The notes beneath the pieces are model-generated. The model saw nothing but the letters and a program-made list of their open reading frames with translations, was not told the DNA's origin and made no database searches. The translations under genes were made by a program, and so were the position numbers. 64,000 nucleotides of DNA from Azolla caroliniana (lineage: Eukaryota; Plantae; Polypodiophyta). The first letter of the stretch is position 1, and every line of letters starts with the position of its first letter. Shown here in pieces: positions 10,701 through 18,465 of the stretch. The stretch is taken from the NCBI GenBank assembly GCA_043228905.1, contig JBHGNT010000009.1, positions 16,616,001 to 16,680,000 on the forward strand, in the 5' to 3' direction.

Positions 10701-11280
10701 ACTGACGATACTTCTCGGGAAGTTGAACGGTGGACTCCTCTTTGGTGGTACTGGAGGGTTGTACTGATATTGCGAAGAGAAACATTTCCTCCTTGCGCCC
10801 TTCCTCACGCAACTGACGTAGCGAAATGGTTGCAACCTTCTGGGTAGATCCTTGGGTTTGTCGCAACCAGATTTCCCTTGTCCTCCAATCTATGTCTGGG
10901 TTATGTAACTCGAACCATGGTAATCCTAAAACTATGGGATGTTCTGGAATACTAATAATATTAAATGATACTACACATGTTAAGTTATCTAGGACAATAT
11001 TAACGGGTTCCGACTCTTCTATGATATTACCAGAAGCAATGGGACGACCATCAATGACTACTACTGAGGCTGGACATGGGAGCTTTCTGAGAGATATCTG
11101 ATGAGCTCGGGCAAAATTCCTATCCATGAAGCAAGAATTAGCTCCGGAATCTAGAAGGGCTAAGGTATGTACTGGAGGGGTACTTTTAGTACTAACTGCT
11201 ACTTGGGCTACGAACACATCACTAACTTGCTTAGAGGGAATGGAACCACTAATGGGCTGCACAGATCTAGGGCTGTCCAA
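7723..11280 (-). CDS. Element C Pol (PR-RT-RH-IN-chromodomain)
   Basis: Intact 1185 aa; LLDSGA, YLDD, EADAS, GPF, EYEVAAILDSK...YLVDWLGY. Confidence 0.96.
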   Translation of the reverse strand: MDSPRSVQPISGSIPSKQVSDVFVAQVAVSTKSTPPVHTLALLDSGANSCFMDRNFARAHQISLRKLPCPASVVVIDGRPIASGNIIEESEPVNIVLDNLTCVVSFNIISIPEHPIVLGLPWFELHNPDIDWRTREIWLRQTQGSTQKVATISLRQLREEGRKEEMFLFAISVQPSSTTKEESTVQLPEKYRQYADVFDKVQANTLPHHRPYDCAIDLQPGKEPPWGPIYNLSPTELEVLRAYIEENLENGFIRHSKSPAGAPIFFVKKKDGSLRLVVDYRGLNKVTVRNRYALPLISSLLERINGARFFTKIDLRGAYNLVRIRPGDEWKTAFRTRYGHFEYTVMPFGLTNAPAVFQHMANDIFRDLLDDFLIIYLDDLLVYSKTQEEHDSHVLLVLKRLREHGLYAKLEKCSFGCNQVEFLGYVISSEGISMDPAKVKTVIEWHTPRSVRDVQCFLGFANFYRKFIQNYSKIVLPLTQLTRKGQSFLWSKETDMAFESLKKAFTSAPILGHVDPEKPFIIEADASDFALGSILSQQGNDEKLHPVAFHSRKFDAAEINYEIHDKELLAIVDSFMQWRHFLEGSPHQVTVFSDHKNLAYFQDARVLNRRQARWAHFLTRFDFKITYRPGKHQGKADALSRRSYLTPRPSEPTFDNQKQVILGPARLQAAQVFDMPVDSDITNTIREDLKTDAFAQAILAQIDPSRASCSQSQSPGTDYRQFKYCDGLLFFKELLYVPNGSCRLRVVQNCHDTYTAGHFGSTKTLDLVQRSFWWPRMRQFVEDFVRTCDTCCRAKMPRHHPYGLLEPLPIPSKPWQSIALDFITDLPVSKGFSAILTVVDRYTKMAHFLPCTKEISSEDTAEIVMREVCRHHGLPDNIISDRGPQFVSKFWKHLFKMLKVTCHLSSGYHPQTDGQAERTNQTLEQYLRCFLNYHQNDWADILQFAEFAYNNAIHASTKVTPFYAYTGYHPRWCVLETPEVSTNPCAEDRLERLRKIQADLSTQLQQAQQSHKDYADRHRLPSSFNIGDRVWLLRRHIKTTRPCEKLDYRRLGPFRIIGKINDVAFRLELPPQLRIHPVFHSSLLEPYHESTIPGRTIQPPPPIELEDGPEYEVAAILDSKIVRNKLYYLVDWLGYSPSERTWEPIENVTNARALLEDFHQRYPEKPGPQSKTTRGTRRFKGGIVS

Positions 11281-11306
11281 CCAAACGGCTCCTATTTTGG
11301 CTGGAC

Positions 11307-12473
11307 TTAGTCGTTTAACTCTTCTTCTAATTGGCTAAGGACATCAAATTTGTTTGCGAGATTCGGACTATTAGTACTATTAGGACTATGACTATGAGGA
11401 CTATCAGAGATTCCTACTGAAATAGACTCGGGTTTAGTATAGTCAGAACTAACAACGACTTGGTTTACCTGCCTTCTTGGTCTATGGGGACAGTTTATCG
11501 CGATATGCCCTGGTCCACCGCAATAAAGGCATAATCGGTTTGTTCGGCGTCGTTGCTTTTCCTCCTCCGATAGCGGCCCACGACGACGTGTAGTGTCAAT
11601 TTCCATTGGAGTTGGAGTACTTACTGGAGGCGCATTATGTGACTCCCTTTGAAAAGGTTTTGCTACCACTGAGGCATAGGTAGGCTCGGATCTTGCCCTC
11701 GGCATCTGAAATTGTCGTTCCGAACGTCGCTCGAAGAGGCGGTTGTCACATCTGACCGCTCGACTGATTGCTTCTGTTAATGATTTTGGCTCTTCAGGGA
11801 AAGTCAAGAGTAAATCCTTGACATCGTTGCGTAGACCATAGCGGAACTGCTCCATCAATGCTTGATCATCCCAGGGGATATCGGCGGCGAGTAGGCGGAA
11901 ATCTGCAGCATATGCGGAGGCTGGACGGTCACCTTGGCGTAATCGCCGGATTTTGTTGATTGCAGTCCTTATGCTGTCAGTATCTCCAAAACATGCTTTA
12001 AACTCATTTATGAATTCTTCAAAATTATTTAGTACTGGAGATTCCTTTTCTAGTAGCGGAGCGAACCATGCTAATGCTGAGCCATTTAACAACGTGCCTA
12101 CTAAACCCACTCGTGATGCATCGGTGGGATATCGGGACGGATGCATTTGAATAACTAACCGTACCTGGTTAAGAAACCCTCTAAACTGCGATCGCGTTCC
12201 ATCAAACTTCGTGGGAAGGCCAATCTTGGGTTCTTTATGAATCCCTTGTGCTCCGTGCCCTTGTTGTTGCATTGCTACGATGGTTGCTTCGAGTTGTTGC
12301 ACGCGTAACGCAAGTTCCCCATGCTGTTGTTGCGTTTGCTGCTTTTCTAAGGAAATTTGCTGAAGATCCCCCAACAAGCGTTGATTTTCTTGTTCCAAAG
12401 CATGAAACTTCTCTTTCAAGCATTGAAATTCCGAGAAAACGGATTGATACTCTTCAGCGCTAACGGTGGCCAT
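11307..12473 (-). CDS. Element C Gag (coiled coil, capsid, CCHC)
   Basis: Intact 388 aa; PTKFDGTRS, PMEID, CLYCGGPGHIAINC. Confidence 0.95.
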   Translation of the reverse strand: MATVSAEEYQSVFSEFQCLKEKFHALEQENQRLLGDLQQISLEKQQTQQQHGELALRVQQLEATIVAMQQQGHGAQGIHKEPKIGLPTKFDGTRSQFRGFLNQVRLVIQMHPSRYPTDASRVGLVGTLLNGSALAWFAPLLEKESPVLNNFEEFINEFKACFGDTDSIRTAINKIRRLRQGDRPASAYAADFRLLAADIPWDDQALMEQFRYGLRNDVKDLLLTFPEEPKSLTEAISRAVRCDNRLFERRSERQFQMPRARSEPTYASVVAKPFQRESHNAPPVSTPTPMEIDTTRRRGPLSEEEKQRRRTNRLCLYCGGPGHIAINCPHRPRRQVNQVVVSSDYTKPESISVGISDSPHSHSPNSTNSPNLANKFDVLSQLEEELND

Positions 12474-12576
12474 GGGATGAAGGAAAAGGAAAATAAGAGA
12501 CTAATAGGAAAGGAGGGAGACAGAAGGAAGAGGGAGAGAAAAGACCAGACAGGCACCGAGGGAAATCGGTTCAAAC

Positions 12577-12710
12577 TGTCAGGAACTCTATTAAGGCAGA
12601 GAAGGAATTAGTACTAAAAGAAGGATTAGTACTATTGTCGGGGAATAGTACTAAGACAGAGAAGGATTAGTACTATGAGAGGTGTCGAACTTTGAGAGAA
12701 GGAATGGGTG

Positions 12711-12751
<41 letters not shown>

Positions 12752-13041
12752 TGATGCGAAAGGTATATGTATTATATGAAGGAAGATATACAACAGTAGT
12801 TAGAAGGCTTAAGACTGGCGTTGAACCGATTTGGTTCGAACTAATGCCTTGCGCCTCCTTTTATAGTGTCCTCAGGAATACTCCTGAAGTTTCTAGAATG
12901 TTCCAGAGAAATCTGGAATATACATCAATTTCCCAATAAAACCTAAATGAAAATAATATCCTTCAAATTACAATTTATAACCTAATGGTAAAGTCTCGAC
13001 CCGTGTAACAAAAGGTTATGGGTTCGAGTCTAGTTATGACA
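12577..13041 (-). repeat. 5' LTR of element C
   Basis: 465 bp; (GA)n tract 22 bp longer than in the 3' LTR. Confidence 0.96.
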
Positions 13042-13046
13042 GAAGA

Positions 13047-14008
13047 AGGATGAAACGGACCGCGTTGAGAGACGGGTACGGGAAATAACCGGGTGGAGCG
13101 ATCAGGTAGAGGAGAAGACGGGCTTCGTGGAAGCCGCCTACCGGATCTACGAGGCTCTGGTAGAAGACAAACGAGTGGGGAAAGTCGGAGAGGCCGGGCC
13201 TTCACAACGGTACGAGACCCGATTCGGGCAACGACGGAACGATGCCGGCGGGCCCAGCGCGCAAGACAACCCCAGGAAGGGCGGATACCGACTGGGGACG
13301 GAAATAGAAAGGACCACGGACCTACGAAAGGTCCTAGAGGAACGGATCCTCGACAGCAAGGTGGAGCTGTCATTGCGGGAGGTGCTAGGGATCGCCAAGA
13401 AGTAGTTCGACGACTCCATTGTAGACTTGGTGAAACGGAAGAGGCTGTCGACGGAGACGGATCCGGAAAGACCGGTAGAGGTGCGGACGACGCACATCAA
13501 CGACTCGGCGCTGGCAGATGAGTGGGCGGAGAGCCACTATTCGAGGCCACACTGGGCCCGAGCAACCACGGAGACCCCCGTAAAGATCGGAGATGTTCAG
13601 GAACCGGTGGTGGCGTTGGTGGACCACGGTTCGGAAATAAACCTGATGTCCATGGACTTCTATAAGAAGGGGAAGTGGCCGATCAACACCAAGCACGGGT
13701 GGAAGATACGGGCGGCGACGCACGCCGCCGAGGAACTGCACGGGGCCTGCCCGAACGTGCGAGTCAAGATCGGCGACGTCGAGATTGACCAGCACTTCTT
13801 CGTACAGGAGACGTCCTCGCACCCGGTCATATTAGGCGAACCATACATCACGGCGGCACGAATGGAGACCAAGGTGCTGGACAACGGTTCGGCCTACGCG
13901 AGGGTCAAAAGCCAGGACGGGCGCCGTTCGGTCCAATTTCTGACCGTGAGACCGAACCACGAGCGGAACCGCGAATCCCTCGGTGGCGAGAACCGGGAGG
14001 ATTTTTAG
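13047..14008 (+). pseudogene. Element B gag 3' part plus aspartic protease
   Basis: ORFs 13127-13405 and 13427-14008; VALVDHGSEINLM ... VILGEPY. Confidence 0.85.
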
Positions 14009-17000
14009 AGAGGGCTGCCAAGGCGTGGGGCCGAGACAGTCCGGACACTCGGGAAAGACCCCACAGCTGTACGATAGAACCAAAACCGAAGAAACCTTGT
14101 ACGATAGGTAGAAAATTCTGCTTCTCCGGCAACGGAGGATGTATGATAGTCGGCATCGTTGGCCGAGAGAGGGCAAGGGCGGAGGAGCGACTTCGAACGT
14201 GCGGAGTTCTCGGCCCGGACGAGGAAATCAGCGGGGCCGTGGAGGCGGTCTCCTTCGACGACACCTTGGGGATGCTAAGGAAGGTAGCCGGAGAAGACCT
14301 TAACGAAGACCGGTCGATACCGGTATGTTCCGAAGAGATGTACGAAGTCATCGCGAACTTCAGTCGGGGGCTCGGGTCGGATCGGACGGCCCGAGTTAGC
14401 ACGAAGTACAAGACTGTGGACCGGAAGGTAAGGCCAGTCGCGGCACCCTTGCCGGAGGGCAGCGAGTCCCGAATCAGAGGGGTAGCGTCGGACCCCAGTT
14501 TACGAGATCCGGCCTGCATAGGACACACCTTTACCGACGGGACGCTCCGGGAGCTCAAAATCGGTGGGGGCAGGTTCCTACTGCCGGCGGAGGAAGACCG
14601 GTTTCGGAGGATGCTTGGAAGGCACGGGAAAGCCTTCGCATTCTCACCGGAAGAGATCGGGTGCGTAGACCCGACGATCGTGGAGCCGATGGTGATATTC
14701 ACGGTACCGCATGTGCTGTGGAATCTCAAGCCGATTCCGGTACCAAGAGCTCACATCCCGAAGTTGATGGAGCTATTAAGGCAGAAAGTAGATATGGGCA
14801 TTCTTGAACCATCGAGTGCCCCATACTCGAACCGATGGTTTACCGTACCGAAGAAAAACGGAACATTGCGCTTCATTCAGGACCTGCAGCCGGTCAACAG
14901 AGTGACCATTCGGAACGCAGGAATAGGACCAACCATAGACGAGTTCGCAGAGGCCTTCGCCGGAAGGTTGATTTACTCGGTCGGTGATCTGTACTCAGGG
15001 TACGACCAGTTCCAGCTAGCCGTGGAAAGCAGAGACATTACGACGATGCGAACTCCCCTCGGCCTAGTGCGAATGTGTACCCTGCCACAAGGAGGGACCA
15101 ACTCGGTAGCCCACATGGTGAATGCAATGAACAAGGTGCTGAGGGATTGCATCCCAGACATCACCATGCCATTTCTAGACGACATCCCGATCAAGGGGTG
15201 CCCGGTGGAGGAGAAGGACGAGACAGTCGGGCCGGACAGATGCCGGCGATTCGTGGCGACACACATCGACGACTGCAAGAAGGTGCTACAAAGGCTAGAG
15301 GATGCGAGGCTCACCTTCTCCGGGGAGAAATCGGCCTTCGGGCAATCGGAAATCCTGGTGGTCGGGCACCTATGTGGACCCTATGGTCGGAAGCCGTCTC
15401 CGGCAAAGGTAGAAGCCATCTCCGCGATGAAGACCGATTGTAGCTCGGCTACGGAAGTTCAGAGGTTCCTGGGGGCATGCGCATTCTACCACATATGGAT
15501 CCCGCATTACGCCCACGTTGCGGAGCCGCTATACGGGTTGCTGAAGAAAGGGCAAAAATTCGAGTGGCGAGACGAGCACACGGAGTCGGTCCGGAAGCTG
15601 AAGGAAGCTCTTGCGGCAGCACCGGCGCTCCAGAAGGTTGTCTACGAGAAAGGTACCCCAGTATACATAACGGTGGATACGAGCCCGACCGGGATCGGAT
15701 GGGTCGTCAACCAAGAAGACAAGGACGGCATTTGGTTCCCGATCCGATTCGGCGCGAAGGTCCTCAGTGAACGACAGCGAGGGTACGCCCAAGTTAAACG
15801 CGAACTCTGGGGTATCGTTTCGGCAGTAAAGGCCGACAAAGACTACTTGATCGGGACAGAAGTGGTTATCGAGACGGATTGCCTGCCGATTCTCGGCATG
15901 GTTTCTAGATGCGCGACACCAGACCTGGTGATGCTCCGGTGGATAGCGTACATCAAGTCCCTGGACCCGGAAATACGGCACATTTCCGGAAAGGACAACG
16001 CCATGGCCGACATGCTTTCGAGGGCGAGGTTTGATGACGAGGGCGGCATGGTTTCGGAGGACGAAGAAGTCGGCGTAGACTTCTTCGAGGCAGCGTACGT
16101 GACGACCGATGGGACGAGCACTCCGGCACTTAACGACTTCGACGAGAGCAAGTACGACGGCGAGTGGCTCCAGATCGGTGGATTTTTTAGGACAATGACG
16201 CCGGATGTGTCATGGACGAAGGACGAGGCCAACCGGATCCGGAAGAAAGCATACCGATTCTTTCTCCGGAACGGATACTTATGGAAGCACCCGAAGAAGA
16301 GGAACGGCGTCCCGCTCCGGGTGGTGGCGATGAAGGAAGAACAGGAGGAGCTGCTGACGGCCTACCACGACAGCCCTTGGGCTGGACACCGTGGAACGTG
16401 GGCCACGTTCGAGAAAATAAAGGGGAAGTACTGGTGGCCGGGATTGTACCGTGACGTGCATCGGTTTGTGACAACTTGCGAGAGCTGTCAGATGCACTCC
16501 ATAGTCCGGCATCGGGACGAGCTTCACCCTACGTACCCTTTGACCGTCCACTTCAAATGGATGGTAGATCTGGTGACGATGCCGATGGGCGTCGGACAGA
16601 TGCGGTATCTGGTCCTGGCTCGGGAAGATCTGACGAACCAGGTGGAAGGCCGGGCCCTTCAGAACAAAACGACCGCGGTCGTATGTCGGTTCCTAATCGA
16701 GGACGTGATATGCCGGTACGGGTGCGTCGGGAAGATCGTGGCTGATCGCGGGGAGTTGGACGCCGAAGAGGCCGAGGAGTTGTTCGACCGGCTAGGAGTT
16801 AAGCTCTCGCTTACCACTGCATACAATCCGGAGGCGAATGGGAAGGTGGAGCGCGGACACGGACCGATCGTCAAGGCGTTAGTTCGGGCATGTGGAGGTC
16901 ATGTCGGGAACTGGCCGCGGCTGTTGCCTTACGCGTTGTGGGTGGACCGAACTACGCACAGTTCGGTAACCGGATTCATGCCGGCAGAACTCATGTTTGG

Positions 17001-17502
17001 GCAGAAGCCGGTCATGCCGATGGAACGAACGATCTCCTCGTGGGCAACCGTGGACTGGAGAGACGAGATGAGCCGGGAGGAACTGCTGGCGGCGCGGATA
17101 CGACAGCTCGAGCGAAGACCGGAGGACGTGGAGCAGGCTGCGGAAAAGCTTCGGGAAGCAAGGATGAGGAACAAAGCCCAGTTCGACCGGACGCACCGGC
17201 TCCGACCAAAGAAGATCGAGGAAAGCGACTGGGTGCTAGTCTACGACAGCAGCCTTGACAACCAGCACCGAGCGACACGGAAGTTCGCAAGAAGGTGGTT
17301 CGGGCCTTACGTGGTACAAAGCGCCAATGACAACGGGACGTACCATCTGGCGGAACTCGACGGTACGAGAATGGCGATACCGGTAGCTGGGAAGCGGATC
17401 AAAGCGTTCAAGAAGCGTCACGACGACGAGCCGGATCCGGTTGACTTGGACCGCGACGATGAACGATCCGAAACCGAGGAAGAACCGACGGGCGGGGAAT
17501 GA
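13999..17502 (+). CDS. Element B pol (RT, RNase H, integrase), -1 frame relative to gag-PR
   Basis: 1119-aa ORF from 14143, open upstream to the slippery site at 13999; FLDD, VDTS, ETDC, HHCC zinc finger and DDE core. Confidence 0.93.
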   Translation, partial: GFLERAAKAWGRDSPDTRERPHSCTIEPKPKKPCTIGRKFCFSGNGGCMIVGIVGRERARAEERLRTCGVLGPDEEISGAVEAVSFDDTLGMLRKVAGEDLNEDRSIPVCSEEMYEVIANFSRGLGSDRTARVSTKYKTVDRKVRPVAAPLPEGSESRIRGVASDPSLRDPACIGHTFTDGTLRELKIGGGRFLLPAEEDRFRRMLGRHGKAFAFSPEEIGCVDPTIVEPMVIFTVPHVLWNLKPIPVPRAHIPKLMELLRQKVDMGILEPSSAPYSNRWFTVPKKNGTLRFIQDLQPVNRVTIRNAGIGPTIDEFAEAFAGRLIYSVGDLYSGYDQFQLAVESRDITTMRTPLGLVRMCTLPQGGTNSVAHMVNAMNKVLRDCIPDITMPFLDDIPIKGCPVEEKDETVGPDRCRRFVATHIDDCKKVLQRLEDARLTFSGEKSAFGQSEILVVGHLCGPYGRKPSPAKVEAISAMKTDCSSATEVQRFLGACAFYHIWIPHYAHVAEPLYGLLKKGQKFEWRDEHTESVRKLKEALAAAPALQKVVYEKGTPVYITVDTSPTGIGWVVNQEDKDGIWFPIRFGAKVLSERQRGYAQVKRELWGIVSAVKADKDYLIGTEVVIETDCLPILGMVSRCATPDLVMLRWIAYIKSLDPEIRHISGKDNAMADMLSRARFDDEGGMVSEDEEVGVDFFEAAYVTTDGTSTPALNDFDESKYDGEWLQIGGFFRTMTPDVSWTKDEANRIRKKAYRFFLRNGYLWKHPKKRNGVPLRVVAMKEEQEELLTAYHDSPWAGHRGTWATFEKIKGKYWWPGLYRDVHRFVTTCESCQMHSIVRHRDELHPTYPLTVHFKWMVDLVTMPMGVGQMRYLVLAREDLTNQVEGRALQNKTTAVVCRFLIEDVICRYGCVGKIVADRGELDAEEAEELFDRLGVKLSLTTAYNPEANGKVERGHGPIVKALVRACGGHVGNWPRLLPYALWVDRTTHSSVTGFMPAELMFGQKPVMPMERTISSWATVDWRDEMSREELLAARIRQLERRPEDVEQAAEKLREARMRNKAQFDRTHRLRPKKIEESDWVLVYDSSLDNQHRATRKFARRWFGPYVVQSANDNGTYHLAELDGTRMAIPVAGKRIKAFKKRHDDEPDPVDLDRDDERSETEEEPTGGE

Positions 17503-17575
17503 AGGCTGGACCGGTTTCCTCCATCCCAACACAATTTGGCACATGCCGGTGGATGCGCGGTCATGTGGGGGCGGA

Positions 17576-18215
17576 TGTCGTGAAGAAAACCGTCCACAAG
17601 CGGAATCGGTGCACCAGAGCGTAGGAACCGGCTCTTCATGCACGTGCGCCTTATGTTGTACATAGGAGATCCTAGGTAGGCAGATTCGGTAGGTGGGGAA
17701 GTAAAGGGGAAATGGCTCCTTCCTTGCCTATAAAAGGAGGGAGACGAGGAGGAGGAAGGGATCGCGGAGAGTCGAGGACGGAGTGTTGTCGGTTTGCGTG
17801 CGAAGGCTTCTCTCTCTCTCTCTGGTTCGCAAACTCCATAGCTTCCTTCTGTGCAGGTTTCGGGAGGCTCGCGCTGCTCTGAGGAATGCCCGAGTGCTTC
17901 CGGCATCACCTCCAACCTACTCCTTCCTTTCTGTGCGTTTACGAACAGGTATCGGCATCTGTTCGCCGGCATGTTCGGTTGTAACCGACTTCGTGTTTTG
18001 TTGTCTTCGTGTTCTTGTTGTTTGTCTTTGTCAATACATACATACATTCGTGTCTTTCTGTGTCACTGTCCCACTTGCATCTTTGCGTCGAAGGGCCGTG
18101 TCCCTGTGGATCTACGCTCGCACGTAGAGGGATTCTTCCCCTCCTCTCTTGCTCTTTGGTACAGGACCCCCGAGGTCCCGCCTCATTCCACGCATCCGCG
18201 AGGAATACCTCGACA
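17576..18215 (+). repeat. 3' LTR of element B
   Basis: Direct repeat of 5440-6079, preceded by PPT. Confidence 0.95.
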
Positions 18216-18465
18216 ACGCAGTGGTTTTTCTCTATGCATTCTGGCGCCTTTTTCGAGTGTGTGCACGTCGTGTACTAAAATAGCATTATGTCCTGTGGTG
18301 GCGCTTAAATGCCCACTACGTACCTTTTCGCTCCTCGCTCTTTCGTCCATTCATCCCTCGCTTTTGCATGATTACTTCGTTGTTGTTTTTTTTTTTTTTT
18401 ACTTTTAATGTGACGTTGCTTGTTCGTTGGTCCTATCGGACCCTTACCGGCCTCATTCTCCCCAG

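Larger units (their letters stand above)
7288..13041 (-). mobile_element. Intact Tcn1-like chromovirus (Ty3/Gypsy) element C
   Basis: LTRs 7288-7730 and 12577-13041 identical by eye except the GA tract; perfect TSD GAAGA; PPT GGGGGGATAG next to 7730; chromodomain. Confidence 0.97.
5440..18215 (+). mobile_element. Ty3/Gypsy element B (non-chromoviral, tRNA-Trp primed), interrupted by C
   Basis: 640-bp LTRs 5440-6079 and 17576-18215 (TGTCG...CGACA); 4-bp TSD ACGC; PPT gtgggggcgga 17565-17575; RT-RH-IN order. Confidence 0.95.

Noticed and set aside
13905-14729. Long antisense ORFs over GC-rich elements (also 6279-7079 and similar)
   Set aside because: Shadow frames of GC-rich coding sequence with no recognisable motifs.
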